A model generated the notes under the pieces. That model saw only the letters and a list, made by a program, of their open reading frames with translations, did not search any database and had not been told where the DNA came from. The position numbers and the translations under genes are program-made. Shown here one piece after another: positions 27,847-37,642 of a DNA stretch of 51,856 nt (its first letter is position 1; each line of letters starts with the position of its first letter). This DNA is from Nitrospinota bacterium (GTDB lineage Bacteria; JADFOP01): NCBI GenBank assembly GCA_022562795.1, contig JADFOP010000011.1:1-51856 (forward strand), read 5' to 3'.

Positions 27847-28476
27847 ATGGCTATTGAGGCAATGCAGGCCGAGCCTTTACATCCAGAGGCTGGTCGTGGT
27901 ATAGATGTCCGGTCTACAGAACAAGAGGGGGTCATGGATAGGAATTGGACGCCGCAGGGGGCGGCAGCGTGGTTCGCACGAGCCGAGAGGGTAACGGCAG
28001 ATGCTCACAGCCTCATCCTCTTGGCCAAGACTGGAGGCCTGGAGCCTCTCGCTCGCGTAGTCACGCTTTTCTCTCCGCCTGCCGTAGCTGCTGAACTCTT
28101 CCAACCGCGCCTAGTTGGAGTCGAGGGTACCGTTATCCAGCAGACGATGAGGGAAGGCGGACTCATCGCGTTGTCCGGCCCGCCCGTCGACGCCCTCTCC
28201 CTCGAAGAGGCGTTGTTGATATGTCACCAGATGGCCGGGACCGACGCCGTGCTCACAGAAGACGGTCGCTTCAGCCGTCGCCTCGCTGCCGAGTCCGTCC
28301 CACACCTCAACGCGCTTCTCGTGCCGGCGCTCTTGGTCGGCCGTCTGTCCATGGAGTGGTCCGACGCCGAAAGGCTCTTCGGCCGCCTCCACTTGGCAGG
28401 CCAATACACCCCGTGGATAGTCGAGGAGGCGAGGCGGGAGCTTAACGCAAGCCTCCACGCTCCTCCGTCGAGGTGA
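27847..28476 (+). CDS. PIN-like (DUF3368-like) domain protein
   Basis: ADAHSLILLAK, PPAVAAEL, EEALL, VLTEDGR pattern of PIN acidic residues. Start uncertain. Confidence 0.55.
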   Translation: MAIEAMQAEPLHPEAGRGIDVRSTEQEGVMDRNWTPQGAAAWFARAERVTADAHSLILLAKTGGLEPLARVVTLFSPPAVAAELFQPRLVGVEGTVIQQTMREGGLIALSGPPVDALSLEEALLICHQMAGTDAVLTEDGRFSRRLAAESVPHLNALLVPALLVGRLSMEWSDAERLFGRLHLAGQYTPWIVEEARRELNASLHAPPSR

Positions 28477-28720
28477 GCCCGCCTGTGGAACTCGACGCTG
28501 GGCCTCCCGGACTTGGGCGCGTTCGGCGAATTTGACGTTCCAGGCCGGCGGTTTGTTCCGCACGAGACCTGTCGAAAACATGAGTATTGATGCACGAAAT
28601 GCTTGCTCCATCGCACCTGAGATGGTATACACTATAAGGCGGCCCCGGTGACGGGGCTTGAGAAATGTCTGGAATTAATACCCCGTAAAGGGCTGTTTTT
28701 CTAATCGGTGGCTGGAGAGA

Positions 28721-29386
28721 ATGCCTGACTTTGCCCATCGTACAGCGGCCGGTGAGGCGTTGGCCAAAAGGCTCGCCTCCAATGGTTATGCCAACCCCGT
28801 CGTCGTAGCCATTCCCAGAGGTGGAGTTCCCGTAGCCGCCCCCTTGGCACGTCGCCTCGACCTGCCTATCGAGCTTTGTCTGGTGGCTAAGGTCCACCTG
28901 CCGTGGCGTCGGGAGGCCGGGGTTGGGGCTCTGGCCCCCGACGGAACCCTGCGGCTCAACCACGAGCTTATACATATCCTGGCCATGGAAGATGGGGCCG
29001 TGTCTCAGGCAGTGGATGAGGCTCGCGAGGTCCTCGACCAGCGCAGACGCGCCCTGGGGTCCTACACCCATCTTCCCGACCTGAGAGGAAAGACGTCCAT
29101 CGTCGTGGACGACGGCATGGCCACGGGCTACACCGCCCTGACGGCCGTCGAGTTCCTCCGGCGTCTCGAGCCCGACCACCGCATCGTCGTCGCGGCGCCG
29201 GTCAGCAGCATCTACGCCCTGGAAGCCCTGGCGGAGGCCGCCGTTGAGGCCGTTGTGCTTACCTCAGGCGACGGCCCCTTTTTCGACGTGGCCACCTACT
29301 ACGGCGACTTCGAGGAGTATGCCGACACCCAGGTCCTCCGCCTGCTGGAGCATCCTGCCCGCAGCAGCGCCCGGGCCGCCTCCTGA
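28721..29386 (+). CDS. Phosphoribosyltransferase-family protein
   Basis: AIPRGGVPVA, IVVDDGMATGYT. Confidence 0.9.
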   Translation: MPDFAHRTAAGEALAKRLASNGYANPVVVAIPRGGVPVAAPLARRLDLPIELCLVAKVHLPWRREAGVGALAPDGTLRLNHELIHILAMEDGAVSQAVDEAREVLDQRRRALGSYTHLPDLRGKTSIVVDDGMATGYTALTAVEFLRRLEPDHRIVVAAPVSSIYALEALAEAAVEAVVLTSGDGPFFDVATYYGDFEEYADTQVLRLLEHPARSSARAAS

Positions 29387-29442
29387 TCTCCCCTTCGTGG
29401 TTCCACCACACCCCCTAGAGGGGACCCTGTAAGGACTCATTC

Positions 29443-30087
29443 GTGATTTACCGTCGGATGAAGGGTTTTTTCCGCCGGGCCTACGAGACGGGGAAACACG
29501 GCTGGCCCACGGTGGGCCCGACCGCCCAGGTGGTGGAGTACTTCGATCGGGCCCGTCAGCGCTTTCCCGGAGGCCTTGTATTGGATATCGGGTGCGGGGA
29601 AGGCCGCCACTCAATCGCCTTCGCCGACCTCAGCCATCAGGTGGTGGCCCTGGATTACGAGCCGATGGCCCTAGAGCGGGCCAGAGGATTTGAAGCCAGC
29701 GCCGTAGTGCGAGTGCCCATACACTGGCTTTTGGCCGACGCCTTCCATCTGCCATTTCCGCCCGCCACTTTTCCCATTGCCGTAGATTACGGGATCTTTC
29801 ACCACGTCAAGGTTCCCGACCAGGCCCGCTACATCGCCGGACTCCAGCGGGTGATGGCACAGGGAGGCTGTCTGCTGCTGACCGTCTTTTCGACCAACTT
29901 CCAACATTACCCGGGGGAGGTGCGCCGCCGCAACTGGACCGTCCACCGCGACCACTACGACCGTTTCTTCACCCAGGAGGACCTCGGCCGGCTCTTTACA
30001 CCCGCCTTCGTCGTTGAAGAAGTGGTAGAGGAGATCGAAGGTCATTATGCTTTCCACCACGCCCTACTCGTGAAGGATGGTGCGTGA
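29443..30087 (+). CDS. Class I SAM-dependent methyltransferase
   Basis: VLDIGCGEGRH, DYGIFHH. Confidence 0.88.
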   Translation: MIYRRMKGFFRRAYETGKHGWPTVGPTAQVVEYFDRARQRFPGGLVLDIGCGEGRHSIAFADLSHQVVALDYEPMALERARGFEASAVVRVPIHWLLADAFHLPFPPATFPIAVDYGIFHHVKVPDQARYIAGLQRVMAQGGCLLLTVFSTNFQHYPGEVRRRNWTVHRDHYDRFFTQEDLGRLFTPAFVVEEVVEEIEGHYAFHHALLVKDGA

Positions 30088-30341
30088 AACAATACACCGC
30101 CTTGACCAAGAATTTTTTCCGTCAGCTGGCCAGGGGCGAGCCGGTTGCCTACCAGGGATGTGTAGTAGTGGCTACCGGGGAGAAGATCATCGTGCGCGGA
30201 TTGAGCAAGGACCGCGAGGTGGAGCTTCACTTCCGTCGCAAGTCCGGCCGGCTCTACGGCTTTTCGAAGGACCAGTTCGCAGGGATTTTCTCCAGCCGCG
30301 AGAAGCCCCTTTACACCGTCCGTTCCCCGGCGGCTCGCTAA
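30084..30341 (+). CDS. Small basic hypothetical protein
   Basis: GTGA overlap with the methyltransferase stop; AGGA SD; host-like codon usage. Confidence 0.55.
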   Translation: MKQYTALTKNFFRQLARGEPVAYQGCVVVATGEKIIVRGLSKDREVELHFRRKSGRLYGFSKDQFAGIFSSREKPLYTVRSPAAR

Positions 30342-30445
30342 GACGGGGGCTTCGCCAAAGGCTTGGGTCTCCGAACCCTTCGGTATCTACCGCCCCCTAA
30401 TTTTTGGCCTCTTTGACCCCAATAGTCCCTAAGGGGTCTTTTCAG

Positions 30446-30474
30446 TTGACATAACCTGAGAAGTTTATTAGCTT
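30446..30474 (+). promoter_or_regulatory. Sigma70 promoter
   Basis: TTGACA-N17-TAGCTT. Confidence 0.5.
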
Positions 30475-30513
30475 TACCTTTTGCACCTTGGGTTCTCACA
30501 GGAGCGCATCGTC

Positions 30514-33285
30514 ATGGTTACAGCCCTCCGCCGCCGTCTCGTCATCACCGTCGTCATCCTTATTGGTGGATCTATAGTATTCGGGCTTCCCCGCTCGAGC
30601 GCCACCTCTAAGAAGGATAAAGGAGGTTCATCGGTCATCACCCAGGCAGTGGTGCGCCACATTGCCGAGCACTACGTTGAGCCCGACAGAGTAGACCCTC
30701 CCGAGCAGTTAAAGGCGGCTCTCATCGCCCTGGAAAAGGCCGTGCCCGAGGTCCTGGTGGACTGGGCGCCGGGCCAGGAGGCGCTCACCATCCACGTTGG
30801 CAAGACGACGAGGCGCGTGGCCGTCCCCTCACTTCAGTCCATTGGCGACATCGTTCCGGTGCTTCGAAGCGTTTATAGGATCGTCCAGGCCCACATGGTC
30901 AGTGACCTGGAGTGGCCGCGCATCGAGTACTCAACCGTCAACGGGTTACTCCAGAGCCTCGATCCTCACTCGGTGCTGCTGACCCCCGGGGTCAATAAGG
31001 AATTTCGCCTCAGCGCCAAAGGGTCGTTTGGTGGGCTCGGCATCGTCATCGGGATACGAGACGGGGAGCTTACCGTAATCTCCCCGCTGGAGGGGACGCC
31101 GGCTTACCGAGCGGGCATTCGGTCGAAGGATAAGATCGTCCAGGTAGAGGATGAAAGCACCGTGAACATGGACCTGATTGAGGCTGTGGGGAAACTGAGG
31201 GGTGAGCCGGGCACAGCTGTTACTATCAGTATCATGCGGGAGGGCCTGGCCGATCCTAAAGAGATCACCATCGTTCGCGACATAATTAAAATCCACGCTG
31301 TGGAAGCCTATGCACTGAGCGACGGTATCGGTTACATCACAATCAAGAGCTTCCAGGAAAACACGCGGCGAGACCTCAGAAAAGCCCTGCAGACCTTCCG
31401 AGAGGAGGGGACCACCCGAGGGCTTGTCCTCGACCTGCGCAACAACCCCGGCGGCCTTTTCGACCAGGCGGTGTTCGTAGCCGATAAGTTCATCGAAAAG
31501 GGGACCATCGTTATCACCGTAGGCGCGAACAACACCTACCGGAAATCCACCTACGCTCGTGGGTGGCGCACCGAGGGTCGTATCCCGATAGTTGTTCTCA
31601 TCAACCAGGGTTCGGCCTCTGCCAGCGAGATTGTCTCGGGGGCTTTCAAATACCTAGGCAGGGCCATCCTTGTGGGCACGCAGACCTTCGGCAAGGGCAG
31701 CGTCCAGCAGATATTCGACCTATCCGACGGAAGCGCTCTCAAGCTGTCCATCGCCCAGTACCTCTTGCCATCGGACCGCTCTATCCAGTCGGTCGGTGTA
31801 AGCCCGGACCTCTTGGTGAGCCCTGTCGAGCTGCCGTCGGGCGAAGACGACCGGGAGGTCCGCTTTGAGGTCGTCCGCGAAGGGAGGAAAGAGAGCGACC
31901 TAGAGCACTCCTTCGTCGAGTGGGCGTCCACCGCTGCTGAGCCCCCTCTCTTCCGCTTGGCATACCTGAAGGAGCGTGAGCCAGAGGAGGTCCGAGCTGC
32001 CGTGGAGCTGAACCGCCGGGAGAAAAGCGAGCGGCTCAAGACCGACTTCGCCGTGCAGCTCGCCAAGCGCATCCTTCTTGCCGCCCCTGATGGCTCGCGC
32101 CAGGCGCTGCTGGAGGCGGCCGACAAGGTTGTCAATCGGATGGCCCGTGAGGAGGAAGACCGCATCGTTGGGGCCTTGAAGACGCTTGGGGTTGACTGGT
32201 CGCGGCCTGAGCCGGACCTAGTTGCCCAGCCCCGGCAGGCTGCCGTGGATGAACCCACGATGGAGTTCGTCTTCTCGCCGGATCGCGTCGAGGCGGGCCA
32301 AGAGGTGACTCTCAGCCTTTCCGTTACCAATCCAGGCTCCCAGCCCCTGGCCCGTGTCCGGGCGGTGACCGAAGCCGATCTTCCATTGTTGGACAAGCGG
32401 GAATTTCTTCTGGGCCGCGTCGCCCCCGGCGAGACGCAGCGGTGGTCACTACCCCTGACCCTGCCTAAGAACATGGAGGCCCGTCAAGAGAAGGTGGTGG
32501 CCGTGGTACGCGATGACCGTGGCCTCCTGGGTCGGGCCGAGGGACTGCTCAACATCACACCAAAGGCCCGGCCTCAGTTCTCGATGCGCTACCAGCTTTT
32601 CGATAACGGCGAAATGGGCTCCAAGGGCAACGGTGACGGTCGGCCCCAGCGGGGCGAGACCATCGTCCTTAACATCACGGTGACCAATTTCGGAGATGGG
32701 CCGAGCGAGAAGAACGTGGCGGTGTTCAAACCCAAAAAGGGCCTCGAGGGAATATTCATCGAAGTCGGCCGCAGCGAGCTGGGATTCATGGCCTCAGGTG
32801 AGACCCGCTCGGTAAAACTCGTCTTCCGCACGCAGCCCGACTTCGTCGAGGGGCACCTGCCAGCAGAGGTGGTGGTGCTCGACACCGTCTTCCGCGAGGG
32901 CCTTGTGGCCAAGGTCGATCTGGGCATGCCGTCGGCCAGCACTTCCTTCCGCCCCCCCACCATCGGCTTTTCCGAGGGTATGCCGCCCGTAGTCGTCACT
33001 CGCGAAAGCATAACCCTTAAGGGCGTGGTACGCGATGAGCGCCGCGTGGCCAACGTAATCGTCTTCGCCAATGGCCGAAAAGTCCTCTACCAGGCCGGGC
33101 CGGCCGATCAGTCCGAGGGGGTGGCTTTTACAACTGATGTGACCCTCAAGGAAGGGGTCAACAAGATTCTCATTGTCGCCCGCGACGACCAAGACCTCGC
33201 CTCTCGGCGAAGGATCGTGGTCCGACTCGACCCGGCCCCCGCCATGGCAAGCCACGGCGGCAACAAACCTCTGGCGCGGCCTTAG
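30514..33285 (+). CDS. S41 carboxyl-terminal protease with C-terminal Ig-like domains (MXAN_5808-like architecture)
   Basis: LDPHS, FGGLGI (PDZ), LDLRNNPGG, SASASEI, TFGKGSVQ; long beta-rich tail. Confidence 0.9.
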   Translation: MVTALRRRLVITVVILIGGSIVFGLPRSSATSKKDKGGSSVITQAVVRHIAEHYVEPDRVDPPEQLKAALIALEKAVPEVLVDWAPGQEALTIHVGKTTRRVAVPSLQSIGDIVPVLRSVYRIVQAHMVSDLEWPRIEYSTVNGLLQSLDPHSVLLTPGVNKEFRLSAKGSFGGLGIVIGIRDGELTVISPLEGTPAYRAGIRSKDKIVQVEDESTVNMDLIEAVGKLRGEPGTAVTISIMREGLADPKEITIVRDIIKIHAVEAYALSDGIGYITIKSFQENTRRDLRKALQTFREEGTTRGLVLDLRNNPGGLFDQAVFVADKFIEKGTIVITVGANNTYRKSTYARGWRTEGRIPIVVLINQGSASASEIVSGAFKYLGRAILVGTQTFGKGSVQQIFDLSDGSALKLSIAQYLLPSDRSIQSVGVSPDLLVSPVELPSGEDDREVRFEVVREGRKESDLEHSFVEWASTAAEPPLFRLAYLKEREPEEVRAAVELNRREKSERLKTDFAVQLAKRILLAAPDGSRQALLEAADKVVNRMAREEEDRIVGALKTLGVDWSRPEPDLVAQPRQAAVDEPTMEFVFSPDRVEAGQEVTLSLSVTNPGSQPLARVRAVTEADLPLLDKREFLLGRVAPGETQRWSLPLTLPKNMEARQEKVVAVVRDDRGLLGRAEGLLNITPKARPQFSMRYQLFDNGEMGSKGNGDGRPQRGETIVLNITVTNFGDGPSEKNVAVFKPKKGLEGIFIEVGRSELGFMASGETRSVKLVFRTQPDFVEGHLPAEVVVLDTVFREGLVAKVDLGMPSASTSFRPPTIGFSEGMPPVVVTRESITLKGVVRDERRVANVIVFANGRKVLYQAGPADQSEGVAFTTDVTLKEGVNKILIVARDDQDLASRRRIVVRLDPAPAMASHGGNKPLARP

Positions 33286-33311
33286 TAGGCCCCGGCTAGG
33301 GACGTTCCAAG

Positions 33312-33491
33312 ATGCAAACCGACCCTGACGAACTCCAAGTCGAGACCCCTCCTGGGAAGTCTTTCCTCGGCCGCCATGGGGACACCCTTCTGATGATGGG
33401 GCTGGTGGTTTACGTCGCTCTCTTGCTGGTCGGGACAATTGGCAACCTTTTTGATATCGAGGCGATAACGTCTTTCTGGCTCTATCGGTAG
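33312..33491 (+). CDS. Small single-pass membrane protein (59 aa, not in the ORF track)
   Basis: MQTDPDELQVETPPGKSFLGRHGDTLLMMGLVVYVALLLVGTIGNLFDIEAITSFWLYR; clear TM helix; fills the gap 27 bp after the protease stop. Confidence 0.7.
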   Translation: MQTDPDELQVETPPGKSFLGRHGDTLLMMGLVVYVALLLVGTIGNLFDIEAITSFWLYR

Positions 33492-33571
33492 GGTGGCAGT
33501 CCTAGCAGGGGGTCCTCCTCGGTTGCCGCCTTCCGCCCAGCGGCCTCGGCATTCCCGCCTAACTCCTGACT

Positions 33572-34723
33572 TTAGGGTAGAGACGATTTCCCGCACAGCT
33601 GTCCGGCCTGTTCCTCCAACTCAGCCAGACCGTCGGTGTAGAGATGGTCGCGGTTTGCGTCAGTCAGCTCCCTGACCTGTACGCATCTTTCGAAGAAGGT
33701 CGCCGAGCGCTGCTGACGTTGTGCGGCCAGGGCCAGGTAGTATTCTGCCTCTAGCTTACGCATGTAGCCGTGGAAGGGGCGGGTGGGCAGGAAGCCCTTG
33801 ACCGATAGGAAGGTCTGCTCCACTTTGGGCCAGCGGCCTAGCGAAGCCGAGATAACCCCCTTCTGGATGCGGCTCGATATGTCATCAGGAAACTTTGCGA
33901 GCATCTCCTCGGTGAGCTTGAGAGCCTCCTCCCAGCGCTTCTCGTTCATCAGAATGGTTACAAGCGAGGCCTTGGCCTCGTAGCGGGCAAATTGGCCTTT
34001 AGTGCTCGCGAGGCGGATCTCCTCGATGCCCTGGGCGCGCTCATCGGCGAAGAAGGGCAGAAACCACAAGATGCTGGCTCTGACGCTGACCCAATAGTGG
34101 TAGGAGCCGATGCCGTAGTATGCGTCATAGAATTTCGGGTTGTAGCTAACGGCCTTATGGAGGTGGAAAACCCCTTTGGTGCCGTCGAGGAAGGCGCTGA
34201 GCCAACTGCCGACCAAGGTCTTGTCTATGCCCCGGTAGCCGTAAGCGCCGCCAAGGTAGAATTGGGCCTCTGCGTCGTTGTCGTTCACCCCCAAACGGGA
34301 TTCGGCCTTGGCGATGGTCAGATTGATGAAGTGGTTGAACTCCTGCTCGAATTCCCGGGTCTTATAGTCCTGCATGGTCACGCCGTAGACGGCCGCGGTG
34401 TAAAAGTATCCTTTGGGGTCATCCTTATGGCGGTCAATAATTTTTTGGAAAATGGAGAGGGCCTCGGTCATCCGCTCATTGGTAAAAAGGATAATGCCCC
34501 TGGTGATCTGCGCGTCAATTTCCTTTTCCGGAGTAAGGTCCGGCTCTTCGGAGACGGGGAATGTGGATTCCTGGGCTAGGGCTGCGCCTGAAAGGAGCAA
34601 ACTGAGGACGAAGGGGACGAGAAAAGAAATCGTGAGGAGGCGAGGGCTCATTATCCCGTCAACGCTCCATTTGCCAGGTCCGCCGGCTTCGGCCCTATGC
34701 TTCATGCCGTCGATGAGGCTCAT
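33572..34723 (-). CDS. Exported TPR protein (TTC39-like)
   Basis: Signal peptide; AEAQFYLGGAYGY, YDAYYGIGSYHY TPR motifs. Start uncertain. Confidence 0.75.
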   Translation of the reverse strand: MSLIDGMKHRAEAGGPGKWSVDGIMSPRLLTISFLVPFVLSLLLSGAALAQESTFPVSEEPDLTPEKEIDAQITRGIILFTNERMTEALSIFQKIIDRHKDDPKGYFYTAAVYGVTMQDYKTREFEQEFNHFINLTIAKAESRLGVNDNDAEAQFYLGGAYGYRGIDKTLVGSWLSAFLDGTKGVFHLHKAVSYNPKFYDAYYGIGSYHYWVSVRASILWFLPFFADERAQGIEEIRLASTKGQFARYEAKASLVTILMNEKRWEEALKLTEEMLAKFPDDISSRIQKGVISASLGRWPKVEQTFLSVKGFLPTRPFHGYMRKLEAEYYLALAAQRQQRSATFFERCVQVRELTDANRDHLYTDGLAELEEQAGQLCGKSSLP

Positions 34724-34736
34724 TCCTGGCGGAGCG

Positions 34737-35081
34737 TCACGTCTGACGGAAGAGGACGGTCCGCTCTTCGACGACGAACTCCACCCCGCCGAACTCCGGC
34801 TGCAGATGCAACAGCTCCCACCCCTGCCTCAGGGCTGAGGGAAGTTCCTCCTCGGCGCAGCAGTGTGTCGCCATGCCCTGGGCCTCGAGGTGGCTCTCCA
34901 GGAGGCGGAAGAGCTCCGGCTCAAGGTAGCACCTGACGCCGACGCACCGGGCTCCTGCCCCTTCGGTCGTCACCAAGGATTCGCCGCGGCCGTGCCACTG
35001 GTGGAGGCGGCTATGGTGCTCTCGGACCAAACCCAACAGCTGGTCGATCTCGGAGGGGGTGGGGGGAGATGGTTCGGTCAT
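34737..35081 (-). CDS. Hypothetical protein
   Basis: 114-aa ORF co-oriented in an operon between the dnaJ-like and TPR genes. Confidence 0.55.
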   Translation of the reverse strand: MTEPSPPTPSEIDQLLGLVREHHSRLHQWHGRGESLVTTEGAGARCVGVRCYLEPELFRLLESHLEAQGMATHCCAEEELPSALRQGWELLHLQPEFGGVEFVVEERTVLFRQT

Positions 35082-35115
35082 CGTTTTTCCGCCTTTTTCC
35101 GCCCACGCCCCGAAG

Positions 35116-35934
35116 TTAGCCGGTGATGGTCAGGGCGATGTAACAGTCGCCGCGAGGTGAGCCAGGCTCGCCGTGATGGCCCTTGCCGCGAAGCCGAAGC
35201 TTCTGGCCCGCGCGTACGCCGGGAGGGATTTTAACCTGGAGGCGCTCGTCGTTCCCGTTGGTCCTAACCAGGATGGTCTTCTCGGCCCCCCCGACAGCCT
35301 CTTCGGCGGTGATGGCCAGATGGTAGAGGAGGTCTTCGCCCCGGACCTGTGTCGCCTCGCCACCGGTGGCCCGGACCGGCTGTTCCGCCTTCCGGCCGGT
35401 GAGAACCCGCTTGAAGGAGGCCAGCAGACCGTCCCGTTCGTCGGCCTCTTTCACCTTGGGCCGCTCGGCCGTCTCGCGCGGGAAGAAGAGGCGCAGGAGG
35501 CTCAATGGGTTGAGAGGGCCCATGAAGATGCCGCCGAAAAATATTCCGTGGACGCCTGGGAAAAATGTCCGGTGGACGAAGGGCTTATCAAAGCGCAGCC
35601 CCTGGCGGGAGAATTCCCGCATGAGCTCGTCGAAGACGCCCGAGGCTGGGCCTTGGAAGATGTCGCGGAAGATGTCCTCCGGACGGTAGTCGAACCCTTC
35701 GGTCCGGCGTGGGTCGAAGCCGGCGGCCCGCCATGAGTCGTACTGGCGGCGTTTGACCGGGTCGATGAGCACGCCGTAGGCTTCCGTGATCTCCTTGAAC
35801 CTCTCCTCGGCCTCGGCGTCACCGGGGTTGCGGTCGGGGTGCAACTCAAGGGCCTTTCGGCGGTATGCCTTCTTGATTTCATCCTCGGTGGACTCTTGGC
35901 CGACACCGAGAATTGCGTAGTAGTCCTTGTCCAT
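35116..35934 (-). CDS. DnaJ-domain protein (CbpA/class II-like, no Zn finger)
   Basis: [12 protein letters not shown] motif, C-terminal VKIPPGV...LRLRGKG...GD. Confidence 0.9.
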   Translation of the reverse strand: MDKDYYAILGVGQESTEDEIKKAYRRKALELHPDRNPGDAEAEERFKEITEAYGVLIDPVKRRQYDSWRAAGFDPRRTEGFDYRPEDIFRDIFQGPASGVFDELMREFSRQGLRFDKPFVHRTFFPGVHGIFFGGIFMGPLNPLSLLRLFFPRETAERPKVKEADERDGLLASFKRVLTGRKAEQPVRATGGEATQVRGEDLLYHLAITAEEAVGGAEKTILVRTNGNDERLQVKIPPGVRAGQKLRLRGKGHHGEPGSPRGDCYIALTITG

Positions 35935-36121
35935 CCTGTGCGCCACGGCTCTTTCACCTCCCATTTGCGGGTAAGCCCCATTGTATCAAGGTGTGAGCGC
36001 GCGCTCAAGCGCCATAAAAGCTCCAACCTCTTTCCTTTTGCCCGCCCGGCTCCTACAATGGGCGGACTTGAACGCCGCCTGCCCTCGCCAGGTCCAAGGA
36101 GAGGGAGAACCGAAAGGGGTT

Positions 36122-37642
36122 ATGGAGATAATGCTCCGTCGCACCGCCCGGACCCTGCTCGTAGCCGCCGCTCTGATTGTCGCCTCCGCTCCGGTTGCCG
36201 AATCCGGGCTGCGCCTTGAGGTAGTGGAGCACACCCTGGCCAACGGCATGCGCTTCTACCTCGTGGAGCGGCACACATCCCCCACGGTCGCCTGCCTCGT
36301 AAGCTTTCAGGTCGGCTCGCGGCTGGAGGCCGCAGGCTCCACGGGCATAAGCCACCTCCTCGAGCATATGATGTTCAAGGGGACCAGGCAGGTCGGGACG
36401 ACCGACTACGAGACCGAGGCCCCGCTGATCGCGCGCCTCGACGAGCTCCAGGCCCGCCTGCGCGAGCTTCGCCAGGCGCCCGAGCCCGACCGGGAGGCCA
36501 TCGAAAGGACGGAGGAGGCCGTCTCAGCCCTGGAGGCGGAGCAGGCCCGCTACGTGGTCAAGAACGAGCTCTCGCAACTCTACCGAAGCCACGGGGGGGT
36601 AAGTTTCAACGCCGGGACGAGCAAGGACGGCACCCACTACATGGTCCGGCTTCCTTCGAACAAGCTGGAGCTGTGGGCCTACCTGGAGAGCGACCGGATG
36701 GCCGACCCGGTCCTCCGTGAGTTCTATAGGGAGCGCGACGTCGTTTTGGAAGAAAGGAGGCTTCGGATCGAGACCAGCCCAAGCGGGCTGCTGTGGGAGC
36801 GGTTCATGGCGGCGGCCTACATTGCCCACCCCTACGGGGTGCCCATCATCGGGTGGCCCGACGATGTGGACCGCTTCACCCGCCCTGAGGTCGAGGCCTA
36901 CTTCCAGCGCTTCTACGCCCCCAACAACGCCATCGGGGTGATTGTGGGAGACATCGACCCTGAGAGGGTAATCCCTACGCTGGAGCGGACCTTCGGGGCG
37001 ATCCCACGCCAGGCCCCGCCCAAAGTTCGGGTCCCCTCCGAGCCGACTCAGATGGGAGAGCGGAGGGTCGTCGTCCGCTACGAGGCCGAGCCTCAGCTTA
37101 TGGTGGGCTACCATGTCCCTGCCGTCACCCACCCCGACACATATCCATTAAAAATTTTGGCCGCCATCCTCGCCGACGGGCGGACGAGCCGCTTCTACGA
37201 GCGGCTCATCGACGGCCAGCGGCTGGCGGTCGCGGCCGACGCCGGCGCGGGCATCTGGAAGGACCCGGGGCTTTTCATCATCTCGGCAACTCCCAGGGCC
37301 CCGCACACGGTGGCTGAGCTGGAGTCCGCCTTAGCCGACGAGGTGCGCCGCATCCAGAGCGAGCCGCCCACGGCGTGGGAGTTGGAGAAGACGAGGAACC
37401 AAATTGACGCTTCCGCCGTCCACCAGTTCCGAAGCAACCTGGGCATCGCCTTCAGGGTTTCCCGCGCGGTGTCCCTAACGGGGGATTGGCGCTACATAGA
37501 GCGGGAGCGGGAGCTGCTGAAGGCGGTCACCGCTGACGACGTGCTCCGGGTGGCCAGGGATTACCTCAGGCAGGACAACCGTACCGTGGCAGTCCTCCTG
37601 TCGCCCGAGACGAAAGAGACCGTGAAAGAGGAGGCCCCATGA
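36122..37642 (+). CDS. M16 (pitrilysin-family) peptidase, catalytic subunit
   Basis: HLLEHMMFKGT (HxxEH), NAGT, ERDVVLEE. Confidence 0.92.
   Translation: MEIMLRRTARTLLVAAALIVASAPVAESGLRLEVVEHTLANGMRFYLVERHTSPTVACLVSFQVGSRLEAAGSTGISHLLEHMMFKGTRQVGTTDYETEAPLIARLDELQARLRELRQAPEPDREAIERTEEAVSALEAEQARYVVKNELSQLYRSHGGVSFNAGTSKDGTHYMVRLPSNKLELWAYLESDRMADPVLREFYRERDVVLEERRLRIETSPSGLLWERFMAAAYIAHPYGVPIIGWPDDVDRFTRPEVEAYFQRFYAPNNAIGVIVGDIDPERVIPTLERTFGAIPRQAPPKVRVPSEPTQMGERRVVVRYEAEPQLMVGYHVPAVTHPDTYPLKILAAILADGRTSRFYERLIDGQRLAVAADAGAGIWKDPGLFIISATPRAPHTVAELESALADEVRRIQSEPPTAWELEKTRNQIDASAVHQFRSNLGIAFRVSRAVSLTGDWRYIERERELLKAVTADDVLRVARDYLRQDNRTVAVLLSPETKETVKEEAP

Noticed and set aside
33282-33596. 104-aa minus-strand ORF
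   Set aside because: Better explained as the shadow of the plus-strand 59-aa membrane protein.
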